The position numbers were made by a program, and so were the translations under genes. From Phycisphaerales bacterium (lineage in GTDB: Bacteria > Planctomycetota > Phycisphaerae > Phycisphaerales > UBA1924): a stretch of 32,000 nt of DNA. Positions within the stretch are counted from its first letter, which is position 1. The number at the start of each line of letters is the position of its first letter. Under the pieces are notes generated by a model. The model saw only the letters and a program-made list of their open reading frames with translations, ran no database searches and was not told the origin of the DNA. This document shows, piece by piece, positions 9,115 through 18,653 of this stretch. The stretch is from assembly GCA_040399065.1 (NCBI GenBank), contig JBBASU010000004.1:47759-79758 (forward strand). Reading direction: 5' to 3'.

Positions 9115-11586
9115 ATGGACCAAGCCACCCGCAACAGCCTGCAGAACGCCACGCAGCAAGCCCGCCGCTTGCTGGAGCGAGAGATCACCGAGCAGCTCGA
9201 AGGCACCTTCGATGTACTGCCTAATGGCACCATCGCGGACAAGCCCGGCAAGCACCTGGATGCCTCGCAGCGGCTGGTCCGTACCAAGATCGTTGAGTCC
9301 ATCCGTCACCGCGCCGGCGGCAGCGCGAAGGCAGACATGCTCGCCGACGCCGTCGCCGACTACGTGCGTGAGGCGGCGTTCACGATCCTGAACCGCTACA
9401 TCGCCCTGAAGATGCTCGAGGTTCGCGGTCTTGTTCAACAGTGCGTCACCAAGGGCGATCAGTCCAGCGGTTTCAAGGAGTTCGGTTTGGCCGCGACGGG
9501 CCTGGCCCAGCTTCCCGACAAGGGATACCGGCTGTATCTCGAATCGCTCTTCGATGAGCTCTCGACCGAGGTCAAGATCCTCTTTGATCGGCACAGCGAT
9601 GCATCGCTCCTGTGGCCGCGCCGTCAGGCGTTCGATGGCTTGCTGGAGATTCTGAACGCGGACGACCTTGGCTCCGTCTGGAAGGAAGACGAGACCATCG
9701 GTTGGGTCTACCAGTACTTCAACAGCCAGGAGGAACGCCGAGCGATGCGTGATGCATCACAGGCGCCGCGGAACAGTCGCGAGTTGGCCGTTCGCAATCA
9801 GTTCTTCACGCCTCGCTACGTCGTCGAGTTCCTGGCCGACAACACGCTCGGTAGGACTTGGTATGAGATGCGGCGCGGGCGTACCTCACTTGCCGAGAAG
9901 TGCAGGTATCTGGTTCGCCGCCCGACCGAGATATTCCTCGGTGATCCACAACTGGCCGCTCGGCAACTGATGGGCAAACCGGAAGAGGGTGATCGCCACG
10001 AGGTCCCGGCGACGGTGTCAGCGGCTTTCAATGGCAATCTGAGCAAGGCAGTCGAGGAGGAGATTGGTACATACCGATGGTGGGTGGGGCTCGCAATCCC
10101 GCCTGATCAATACGAGAAAATCACCGGGCAGCCTCTTACTCAACTCGATGACTATCCCCTCGTCAGCGACGTGCTGGAAGCTATTCGCGAGCGCCCAAAT
10201 GCGCCCGAGCTCACGAATCCCATTCGCCTGTGGGCGGCGTTGAGTCACATGGCACTCACTAGCAGCGGTGGCCCTTACGCCGTCGAACCGAGCCGCCTTC
10301 TCTGGGATGCGCTCAAACGCGCCCATGAGATCGACTCGACGCGGAAGCAGTCACAAGAAGAACTGCGGAGGCAGCCAGTGCTCGTGGCGTTCCGCTGCAA
10401 GAAGGACCCCCGCGACCTCAAGATCCTCGATCCAGCGTGCGGCTCGTCGCATTTCCTAATCTACTGTTTCGACCTGCTCTTGACTATGTACGAAGAAGCG
10501 TGGAGCGACGGCACGTCACCGGCGTCACAAGTCACCGGTCAGACATTGAAGCACGATTACCCAACGATTGAGTTGCTCCGTTCTGCCGTGCCAGGTCTCA
10601 TCCTGCGCCACAACCTGCACGGCATCGACATCGACGCTCGCTGTGCTCAGATCGGCGCGTTCGCCCTGTGGATGCGTGCCCAGCGTTCGTACAACGACTT
10701 CAACATCCCGAAGGACCATCGCCCGGCCATTCGCAGGTCAAACATCGTTGTGGCCGAGCCAATGCCCGGCGAGGACGATCTGCTGAAGGACTTCCTGCGC
10801 GATCTGCGTGAAGATCGTCTGGAGTCGATCATCCGGGGAGCACTCAATGTGCCCGCGGGCAAGACCGTGCGTGCGACCGCTGCAATGGCGGACAGTTTGT
10901 GCGATCTGGTCCAGACCGTCTGGAACAGCATGAAGCTTGCGGGTGAAGCGGGCAGTCTGCTCCGTATTGACAAAGAGTTGGAAGCCGCCATCGTCACGGG
11001 TCGGAGCAAATGGGAGGAAGCGCCGCTCTTCCGAATCAGTCAGCAGGGTTCTGACGGGGCTGAGAGAACATCACTGGTGCGCGAGCTGCCTGGCGAGGGA
11101 GCTGATTTCTGGAGCAAGTCCGAGACGCTGGTTATTCATGCCCTGCGCGGCTTCGCAGGCAACGCGACCCAAACGGTCGCCGCGACGTTCCGGCGCGGGC
11201 TCTTCGCCGACGACGCAGCTCGCGGCTTAGCGTTTATAGATATCTGTCGTCAGCGGATGGATGTGGTGCTGATGAACCCTCCGTTCGGCGCCGGCGCGGT
11301 CGGCAGCAAGCGGTACATTGAACAAACATTTCCTCTGACGAAGAACGATCTCTACGCGGCGTTCGTCGAACGAGGCATTCGCTGGCTGAACGGACGGGGC
11401 ATGCTCGGAGCCATCACGTCCCGTACTGGGTTCTTTCTCTCAAGTTTCCAAAAGTGGCGGGAGGAGATCTTGCTCAAGGAGGCTCCGCCGACCGTACTTG
11501 CGGACCTCGGGAATGGCGTGATGGATGCTGCGCTAGTTGAAGCCGCTGCGTACTGCCTCGCGAAGCGGTCGGGGGGTGATTCATGA
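9115..11586 (+). CDS. pglX: PglX N-terminal part: N6-adenine DNA methyltransferase module (N-terminal helical region plus gamma-class MTase motifs)
   Basis: Motifs present: IGWVYQYFN and FFTPRYVVEF, motif I DPACGSSHF (10429-10455), and motif IV NPPF (11275-11286). The ORF ends just after the last MTase-type block (GMLGAITSRTGFFLSSFQKWREEIL...LVEAAAYCLAK). The stop TGA 11584-11586 overlaps the ATG of the next ORF. Confidence 0.9.
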   Translation: MDQATRNSLQNATQQARRLLEREITEQLEGTFDVLPNGTIADKPGKHLDASQRLVRTKIVESIRHRAGGSAKADMLADAVADYVREAAFTILNRYIALKMLEVRGLVQQCVTKGDQSSGFKEFGLAATGLAQLPDKGYRLYLESLFDELSTEVKILFDRHSDASLLWPRRQAFDGLLEILNADDLGSVWKEDETIGWVYQYFNSQEERRAMRDASQAPRNSRELAVRNQFFTPRYVVEFLADNTLGRTWYEMRRGRTSLAEKCRYLVRRPTEIFLGDPQLAARQLMGKPEEGDRHEVPATVSAAFNGNLSKAVEEEIGTYRWWVGLAIPPDQYEKITGQPLTQLDDYPLVSDVLEAIRERPNAPELTNPIRLWAALSHMALTSSGGPYAVEPSRLLWDALKRAHEIDSTRKQSQEELRRQPVLVAFRCKKDPRDLKILDPACGSSHFLIYCFDLLLTMYEEAWSDGTSPASQVTGQTLKHDYPTIELLRSAVPGLILRHNLHGIDIDARCAQIGAFALWMRAQRSYNDFNIPKDHRPAIRRSNIVVAEPMPGEDDLLKDFLRDLREDRLESIIRGALNVPAGKTVRATAAMADSLCDLVQTVWNSMKLAGEAGSLLRIDKELEAAIVTGRSKWEEAPLFRISQQGSDGAERTSLVRELPGEGADFWSKSETLVIHALRGFAGNATQTVAATFRRGLFADDAARGLAFIDICRQRMDVVLMNPPFGAGAVGSKRYIEQTFPLTKNDLYAAFVERGIRWLNGRGMLGAITSRTGFFLSSFQKWREEILLKEAPPTVLADLGNGVMDAALVEAAAYCLAKRSGGDS

Positions 11587-13832
11587 AGACTCGGTTCATC
11601 CGCCTCCTGAGCGTCGAGAACAAAGAGCAAGCCCTACTGCAAGCAGTAGGTAGCCATGCTGGCCCCGAAGAGACCTCTGTGTTTGAGGTTGACGCGAACG
11701 ACTTTCGACGTGTGCCTGGTTCGCCGTTTGCGTACTGGGTGACTGACGATCTGCTCAGACTGTTCGCGGACTTGCCTCCGCTCGACTTTAGCCCACGGAC
11801 CGCGAAGCAAGGCATGGGGACGAGCGATGACTTCCGCTTCGTCCGAAACTGGTGGGCTGTCAGTGCTTCAGGTTTCCGTACTCGTTGGTTCCCGTTCGCA
11901 AAGGGCGGAGCGTTTTCTCGCTTCTACGCAGATGTCAACCTCCTCGGCAATTGGTTGGCAGACGGCGTAGAGGTCTATGCATCGGGTGCGACTGTACGGA
12001 ACGCAGGGTTCTATTTTCGCCCAGGATTGACATGGAGCGATCGAACAACAAAGCTGTTTTCTGCTCGCATCTGGCCTGCTGGGGGTGTGTTCTCGGTCAA
12101 AGGGTCAGCCGGGTTCTTTCCGGGTGACGAGTTCTTCGCGCTCGGCCTGCTAAACAGCCTTGCATTCAACCTGTTTTTGTCGATTTTGGTTGGTGCTGGC
12201 GATGCAGCCGCTCGTTCATACCAGATTGGCGTGATCTCTGTCGTTCCTTGGCCCCGATCGTGTGAGGTGGTCGCCCGGGCCGCGCGGCGGGGGTGGTCGA
12301 TCAAGCGCGACCTCGATACGAGAACGGAGACTTCGCATGCGTTCTTCCTGCCGGCCATCCTACAGGTTAGCGGCGCGACGCTGGGGGAACGTGTCACCAA
12401 CTGGGTAGCGAAAACGGCGAGCGCCGAAAGGGAGTTGGCCACGCTTCAAGCCACGATAGATGATCGCTGCTTTGAGTTGTACGGCATTAGCGATGCCGAT
12501 CGTCGATCAATCAATGAGGGCTTTGGCGAAGCAGGTTCAATAGATGGGGCGGCCGGAGGCGAATCGCAGGCGGAAGCAGTTGATGAAGAGGAAGGGGAGG
12601 ACATTGACGGTGGTGTCACGATCAACCCAAATCTGCTAACGACTGAGTTGGTGTCTTGGACCATGGGTATTGCGATGGGCCGCTTCGACGCGCGTCTGGC
12701 GGCCGGAGATCAGCAGGCCCCTGTTGAGCCTAACCCATTCGATCCGCTCCCGGCGTGTTCACCGGGAATGCTCACCGGCGAGGGCGGGGTGCCGCTCACT
12801 GCGCCGCCCACCGGCTATCCGATCGCGTTCCCCGCGGACGGTGTGCTGGTGGACGATCCGGGGCACACGCGCGACGCAAACTCCGCGGTGCGCTCGGCAT
12901 TCGAGGTTGTCTTTGGCACAGACGGGGACGCTCGTTGGCGCGAAGCGGGGGAGATCCTCGACCCTTCAGGCCACGACCTGCGGGCATGGCTATCCCGCCA
13001 GTTCTTTGAGTGGCACATTGCGCGGTACTCAAAGAGTCGCCGCAAGTCCCCGATCTATTGGCAACTCGGAATACCTTCAGGACGCTATTCGGTCTGGCTG
13101 TACGCCCACCGTGTGACCAAGGATCGGCTGTTTCAGGTACTCAAAGACGTTCTTCGGCCCAAACTCACGCAGGAACAGGGCGTTCTCGAACGTTTCAAGC
13201 AGGAAGCTGGTGCTATCCCGACCCAGAGTCAGCGTAGGGCGATCGAGTCTCAGGAAGCCTTTATCGCGGAGCTCAAGACGTTCGTCGACGAGGTCGCTCG
13301 TGTCGCTCCGCTTTGGGCTCCGGACCTGGATGACGGCGTGGTGATCTGTCTAGCTCCTCTCTGGCGTCTATTCCCGCAATGCAAAGCATGGCAAAGGGAG
13401 TGCAAGCGCGTCTGGGACGCGCTGGTGGCAGGCGACTACGACTGGACGCATTTGGCGATGCACATCTGGCCCGAGCGCGTGGTTCCGAAATGCCAGTCGG
13501 ACCGCAGCCTCGCCATCGCCCACGGGCTCGAAGAGGTGTTCTGGGAGCAGGACGACAAGGACAAGTGGGTGAAGCGGAAGCCGCCGGAGGCCACAGGTAA
13601 GACGGGTTGGCAACCGACCATCGAACGCCTTGTTGCCGAGCGAACCAGCCGTCAAGTAAAGGATGCCCTGGCAAACCTGCTCGCCGCACCCACGGCAGAG
13701 GGCGGCAGCAAGCGGGGTCGCAGAAGTCAGGCTACGACCGAGTCGGCAGCGAACGGCGAAGCCGCACGTGCCGGCACGAAGCGCAGAGGGAAGACCGCGA
13801 AGGCGCGTGATGAATCCGAGGAGCTGTTCTGA
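11583..13832 (+). CDS. pglX: PglX C-terminal part: target-recognition and C-terminal domains, encoded as a separate ORF
   Basis: 749 aa. It starts with the region that follows the MTase fold in single-chain PglX and type IIG enzymes (FRRVPGSPFAYWV..., SDDFRFVRNWW). A C-terminal RRKSPIYWQL block is typical of PglX-like C-termini. An in-frame TGA at 11577-11579 prevents any upstream extension. Confidence 0.8.
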   Translation: MKTRFIRLLSVENKEQALLQAVGSHAGPEETSVFEVDANDFRRVPGSPFAYWVTDDLLRLFADLPPLDFSPRTAKQGMGTSDDFRFVRNWWAVSASGFRTRWFPFAKGGAFSRFYADVNLLGNWLADGVEVYASGATVRNAGFYFRPGLTWSDRTTKLFSARIWPAGGVFSVKGSAGFFPGDEFFALGLLNSLAFNLFLSILVGAGDAAARSYQIGVISVVPWPRSCEVVARAARRGWSIKRDLDTRTETSHAFFLPAILQVSGATLGERVTNWVAKTASAERELATLQATIDDRCFELYGISDADRRSINEGFGEAGSIDGAAGGESQAEAVDEEEGEDIDGGVTINPNLLTTELVSWTMGIAMGRFDARLAAGDQQAPVEPNPFDPLPACSPGMLTGEGGVPLTAPPTGYPIAFPADGVLVDDPGHTRDANSAVRSAFEVVFGTDGDARWREAGEILDPSGHDLRAWLSRQFFEWHIARYSKSRRKSPIYWQLGIPSGRYSVWLYAHRVTKDRLFQVLKDVLRPKLTQEQGVLERFKQEAGAIPTQSQRRAIESQEAFIAELKTFVDEVARVAPLWAPDLDDGVVICLAPLWRLFPQCKAWQRECKRVWDALVAGDYDWTHLAMHIWPERVVPKCQSDRSLAIAHGLEEVFWEQDDKDKWVKRKPPEATGKTGWQPTIERLVAERTSRQVKDALANLLAAPTAEGGSKRGRRSQATTESAANGEAARAGTKRRGKTAKARDESEELF

Positions 13833-13843
13833 TCCACACACTC

Positions 13844-16471
13844 ATGCCCAACATGACCTCCTCTAACCCGTTCCACGAATACCTCGCCGCCCGATTGGCC
13901 GAGAAGGTGGCCAAACATCGGCTGGCGGTGTGGTATGACCCACGCGAAGAGTTCCGCGGCTTCATCGCCGAGCTGCGCGGGCAGGCTGAGATCACGGCAT
14001 GCACGGCGGAGACGGTCACGCTCGGAACAGGCCAAGTTCGGTTAATCTGCAAGAACGGTTCGCTCTTCGAAGCCAAACTGGTTGCCGAGCCCTTTGTCAG
14101 CGGAGAGAGCGTGGAACCGCTGCTGGTCTATCTGCCCGGCGAGCAAGTCGATCAACCCACGCTCAACGTGCTCTTGGAACTGGAGAAGGCCGGAACACCC
14201 ATCGAGTGGAAGCTGGCCCAGATGGCGCGGCACTGCCTGCAGGAGTTCATTTCACCGGATCAGATCGACCAGGTGCTCAAGGGCGAAGGCTCAATCACCT
14301 ACGCGGACATCGTGAGCGTGCTGGCCAGGCTGCAGGACTCGGGCGGCGGCAAAGGGGGCTCACGAGGCGGTGGTGGCAGCGGTTCCATTCTCGACGCCAT
14401 CTTCCCGTCTGCCCGCACCCACGCCGAGCAGTTGGTCGCGTGGCTGGCCACGGCATCGTCGGACTCTGTCATCGAGAACAAGGGCGGCCGCGGCGAGATC
14501 TTGAGGCTTGCGGATAAGCTCGGCCTCGCGCCCGATCTCTCGGTCGGGCTCGACAAGCTCCGCCTCGAAACGGCCAGGCACGTGCTCGTCGGCGAGTTCG
14601 TGCTGGACCTGAAGGGTGATCGGCCGCCGTCCACGGCGCTCGTCTTGCCTCCCAAGAACGTTGAGCAGGAGAAGCTGCTCCGCCAGACTGCGGACGCCTT
14701 CCGCCGCGGGCACGGTGATCAGTACGAAGCGACGGCTGACCAGATCGAGGCTGAGTTCCAACTCTCCTCCGCCGGCGTCACCGCCGAGTGCATGGGCAGC
14801 ATTGACACCTTCAGGTTTGAGGAAAAGTCGCTCCTGAGCCACGCAGGGCTTCTGGTGGCGGACGGCCGCTTTGCCGAGGCCGCGGATGTGGTAACCACGC
14901 ACGCCCGGAGCTTCTGGGCAGATCGCGATGCCCGCCGCCAACAGCAGTGGGAGGCCTGCGGCCGCATGGGAGCGCTTGGGCAGGAGGTGGCCCGCGTTCG
15001 AGCCGCCCTCCCGCCGGCGAGCGCCGGTCCGAGCTTTTGGTTTCGCGGCTATGCCAACCTTCAGTCCGGGCCGCAATCGGGCTGGTTCAAGGTGGACACG
15101 CTCTACCGGCAGCTCCAGTCACACCTGGCATCAATGGCGGATGTGCCCGACTCCGAGGCCGCGCAGCACGCGGTGCTGAACGCGTACGACGAGCTGGCGG
15201 GCGAGATGACGGCGCGGTTCATGGGCGCGATGAAGGCGGCGTCCTGGCAGGTGCCGGGCGATGTGCTCCGGCAGCCGCAGGTGTTTGATGAGATCGTCTC
15301 CAAGCCAACGTCCGACGGAAGCCCGGTCGCCATGATCCTGGCGGACTCACTGCGGTACGAGATGGGCGTTGAACTGGCCGCATGGTTCAACGACGCCAAG
15401 TCCATCGAGGTGAAAGCGGCGGCCGCGGCGATCCCCACGATCACGCCCATCGGCATGGCGGCGCTGCTGCCGGGTGCGAGCCGCTCGTTTGATGTGGTGG
15501 ATGGCGGCGAGAAGGTCGGTGCGAAGATCGAAGGCAAGGTCATGACCGGGCTGAAGGACCGGATGACCTTCCTGCAGGGCAAAGTTCCTGGCAGCAAGGA
15601 CATCGAGCTTGACCAACTGCTAGCCATCACCGGGGCACAGCTCAAGAATCGCCTACATGGTGTGAAGTTGTTCGTGGTGCGGGCGCAGGAGATCGATCAG
15701 CTCGGTGAGAGCATGCAAACGACGCTCGCACGGCGCGTGATGGACACGGCGGTTGGCAACATCGCCCGTGGTATCCGCAAACTCGCCCAGAACGGCGTCT
15801 CTCGGTTCATCATCGTCGCTGACCACGGCCACATCTTCGGACGCGACAAGGACGAAGCCATGCGGATCGACCCGCCGGGAGGCCAGACGGTGGAACTCCA
15901 TCGCCGCTGCTGGATCGGCCGAGGCGGCGTGACGCCGTCCGGCACGGTTCGCATCTCCGCCGCCGAACTGGGGCACGACAGCGACATCGACTTGGTGTTC
16001 CCTGTCGGCACGGGCGTGTTTAAGGCAGGCGGTGATCTCGCCTACCACCACGGTGGGCTGAGTCTTCAGGAGCTGGTGGTCCCGGTGATCGTACTGGAGC
16101 TTGCCGCGATGGCCGCCGCGCCGACCGCAAGCCTGACCGCCACGGTGCGCGACGTGCCGGCAAAGATCACCAACCGGGCGTTCCGCGTCACGCTGACACT
16201 CACTGCGAACGGGCTGTTCACCGAGACTGCTGTGAAGGTTCGGGTGTGGCTGGAACACAAGGGCGTTGAGATTGGCAGCGTTGGGCAGGCAATTGATGCC
16301 CAGTTCGACGCCGCGAGCAAGACCGTGAAGGTGGAGATCGGCAGGGCGGCCACTATCTTGATGCTGCTGAGGCGAGACGAAGCCAAGCAGGCACGCTTGG
16401 TGATCGAGGATGCCAACTCCCGTGCCAGTCTCTATCGGTCAGCCACCGACCTGCCCATCGACGTACTTTGA
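13844..16471 (+). CDS. pglZ: PglZ alkaline-phosphatase-superfamily protein (BREX type 1)
   Basis: 875 aa. PglZ-type core (VAMILADSLRYEMG..., IIVADHGH, GGLAYHHGGLSLQELVVP). Canonical position between pglX and brxL, starting 12 nt after the pglX stop. Confidence 0.9.
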   Translation: MPNMTSSNPFHEYLAARLAEKVAKHRLAVWYDPREEFRGFIAELRGQAEITACTAETVTLGTGQVRLICKNGSLFEAKLVAEPFVSGESVEPLLVYLPGEQVDQPTLNVLLELEKAGTPIEWKLAQMARHCLQEFISPDQIDQVLKGEGSITYADIVSVLARLQDSGGGKGGSRGGGGSGSILDAIFPSARTHAEQLVAWLATASSDSVIENKGGRGEILRLADKLGLAPDLSVGLDKLRLETARHVLVGEFVLDLKGDRPPSTALVLPPKNVEQEKLLRQTADAFRRGHGDQYEATADQIEAEFQLSSAGVTAECMGSIDTFRFEEKSLLSHAGLLVADGRFAEAADVVTTHARSFWADRDARRQQQWEACGRMGALGQEVARVRAALPPASAGPSFWFRGYANLQSGPQSGWFKVDTLYRQLQSHLASMADVPDSEAAQHAVLNAYDELAGEMTARFMGAMKAASWQVPGDVLRQPQVFDEIVSKPTSDGSPVAMILADSLRYEMGVELAAWFNDAKSIEVKAAAAAIPTITPIGMAALLPGASRSFDVVDGGEKVGAKIEGKVMTGLKDRMTFLQGKVPGSKDIELDQLLAITGAQLKNRLHGVKLFVVRAQEIDQLGESMQTTLARRVMDTAVGNIARGIRKLAQNGVSRFIIVADHGHIFGRDKDEAMRIDPPGGQTVELHRRCWIGRGGVTPSGTVRISAAELGHDSDIDLVFPVGTGVFKAGGDLAYHHGGLSLQELVVPVIVLELAAMAAAPTASLTATVRDVPAKITNRAFRVTLTLTANGLFTETAVKVRVWLEHKGVEIGSVGQAIDAQFDAASKTVKVEIGRAATILMLLRRDEAKQARLVIEDANSRASLYRSATDLPIDVL

Positions 16472-16487
16472 GCTTGGAGTTTCTTGA

Positions 16488-18557
16488 ATGACCACCGCCC
16501 CGACCCCCAACCCCATCTCGACCGCCGACGCACCACCCCGCGATGCGCTCGACGACAAGCTCACACGCATCTTTGATGGCAAGGTCGTCCGCAAGGACCT
16601 CGTCCGCAAAGTGAAGGTCGGGGCCAACGTCCCGGTCTTCGTGCTCGAGTTCCTGCTCGGCAAGTACTGTGCGTCAGCCGACAACGCGGCGATCCAGATG
16701 GGTCTTCAGGTCGTGAACCAGACCTTGGCCGACAACTACATTCGGGCTGATGAGGCCATCCGCGCGCAGAGTCGCGTGAAGGAGGAGGGGAGGCACACGT
16801 TCCTCGACAAGGTGAAGGTGCGGCTCGTCGATTCGGAGTATTGGGCAGAGTGCGTGAACTTCAGCGACAGGTTCGTTCACATCCCCACGCAGTACATCCG
16901 GGACTTCGAGCGACTTCTGACGGGCGGAATCTGGGCCCAGGTGGACATGAAGTTTGAGTACGACGAGGAGAGCAAGGGCAAGCACCCGTTCTGGATCGAG
17001 CGAATGCAGCCGATCCAGATCGCCACATTCGACGTTGAGTCGTACAAGCGTCTGCGCCGCGAGTTCACAGCGGACGAGTGGCTTGATGTCGTCATCCGCA
17101 CGATGGGTTACGAGCCCAGTGGAATGAACCGGCGGCTCAAGATGCTCTTCTGCGTCCGCATGATCCCACTGACCGAGCGGAACTTCAACATGGTGGAACT
17201 CGGGCCGCGCGGCACGGGCAAGAGCTACGCGGTTCAGGAGATCTCTCCGTACGGCGCGCTGCTTACCGGGCCGACCACCGTCGCCAACATGTTCGGCCAC
17301 ATGAGCGGCAAGCCCAAGGGCATGGTCACGATCTGGGATGTGGTGGCATTCGACGAGGTTGCCGACCTGGAGAACATGCCCAAGGAGGTCATCACCACGC
17401 TCAAGACCTACTGCGAGTCAGGTACCTTCCAGCGTGGCAAGGAGTCCGATTCAGGCGACGCGAGCATCGCCATGTTCGGCAACACCAATCAGCCGGTGGA
17501 TGTGATGGTACAGACCGGCCACCTGTTTGAGCCGATGCCCGAGGTGATCCGCGACGACAAGGCGTTCCTTGACCGCATCCACTTCTATCTCCCAGGGTGG
17601 GAGATCCCAAAGATGCGGAATGACCTGTTCACGGATCACTACGGCTTCGTCGTGGACTACTTCGCCGAGGCGCTTCGAACACTCCGGAAGTATAACTACA
17701 CCGAGTCGCTGGATCAGTACTTCGCCCTTGGCTCGCACCTCAATGCCCGCGATCGCAAAGCGGTCCGACGAACGGTGTCGGGCCTGATCAAGATCCTGCA
17801 CCCCCACGGCGAACTGAGCCGCGACGAGATGCAGGAGATCGTGGAATTCGCCATCGAGGGACGACGCCGGGTCAAAGAGCAGCTCAAGAAGATGGCCCCG
17901 CACGAGTATCACCAGACCTCCTTTAGCTACCAGCTCAAGGAAACCGGGGAGGAACGGTTCGTCGGCGTGCCGGAGCAAGGCGGGCGCGACATGATCTCGG
18001 CCGACCCGCAAGCGCCGGGCTGTGTGTACGCGGCCACGGTCGATGGCACCGGCAACGCCGGACTGTTCCGCATCGAGGTGACGTCGTCACACGGCACCGG
18101 AAAGCTCAAAACGGCGGGCGGCTTGAGCGGATCACTGCGGGAGTCGGTCAATCGAGCGTTCGGATTCATGCTGTCCAAGAAGCAAGAACTGGGCCTCAGC
18201 CGCGAACTCGACGTGGCAGACCTCCACGTGGAGATCATCGACCTGCTGAACAACCGGGCGGAGGGCGACATCGGCATCGCCTTCTTCGTGGCCGCGATGT
18301 CAGCACTGCGGAAGGCTCCCGTGACCGCGGCAACTCTGGTCATCGGGGACCTGAGCATCCAGGGCAACATCAAGCCGGCGAAGTCGCTGACCGAGCCACT
18401 CCAGATCGGCAGGGACAACGGAGCAAAGCGGGCCTTGATCCCCATCGAGAATAAGCGCCAGTTCCTGGAGGTCAGTGCGGACATCGTGGAGCACGTTGAC
18501 CCCGTCTTCTACGGCGACCCGCGGGCGGCATCGCTCAAGGCGATGAATCTGAGTTGA
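16488..18557 (+). CDS. brxL: BrxL Lon-like protease/ATPase
   Basis: 689 aa. Walker A GPRGTGKS at 17202-17225. C-terminal Lon-protease-like domain (LHVEIIDLL..., GDLSIQGNIKP). It is the last canonical gene of type 1 BREX. Confidence 0.92.
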   Translation: MTTAPTPNPISTADAPPRDALDDKLTRIFDGKVVRKDLVRKVKVGANVPVFVLEFLLGKYCASADNAAIQMGLQVVNQTLADNYIRADEAIRAQSRVKEEGRHTFLDKVKVRLVDSEYWAECVNFSDRFVHIPTQYIRDFERLLTGGIWAQVDMKFEYDEESKGKHPFWIERMQPIQIATFDVESYKRLRREFTADEWLDVVIRTMGYEPSGMNRRLKMLFCVRMIPLTERNFNMVELGPRGTGKSYAVQEISPYGALLTGPTTVANMFGHMSGKPKGMVTIWDVVAFDEVADLENMPKEVITTLKTYCESGTFQRGKESDSGDASIAMFGNTNQPVDVMVQTGHLFEPMPEVIRDDKAFLDRIHFYLPGWEIPKMRNDLFTDHYGFVVDYFAEALRTLRKYNYTESLDQYFALGSHLNARDRKAVRRTVSGLIKILHPHGELSRDEMQEIVEFAIEGRRRVKEQLKKMAPHEYHQTSFSYQLKETGEERFVGVPEQGGRDMISADPQAPGCVYAATVDGTGNAGLFRIEVTSSHGTGKLKTAGGLSGSLRESVNRAFGFMLSKKQELGLSRELDVADLHVEIIDLLNNRAEGDIGIAFFVAAMSALRKAPVTAATLVIGDLSIQGNIKPAKSLTEPLQIGRDNGAKRALIPIENKRQFLEVSADIVEHVDPVFYGDPRAASLKAMNLS

Positions 18558-18653
18558 ACTTCTCGCGATAAGGATTCCAAGCGCCCTTGGCGCACAACGT
18601 CCGGGCTAGGTTCTGTCTGACGGATCAGCTGGTGCGATAAAAATGAGATCACC

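Noticed and set aside
11571-11576. G6 homopolymer immediately before the pglX split. It is tempting as a slipped-strand phase-variation switch, like the G-tract described in Streptomyces pglX.
   Set aside because: I worked through both slips. G6->G7 gives tcg ggg ggg TGA, an immediate stop. G6->G5 enters the third frame and stops after about 27 codons. ORF2's frame has a TGA at 11577-11579 between the tract and its ATG. No tract-length change can fuse the two ORFs.
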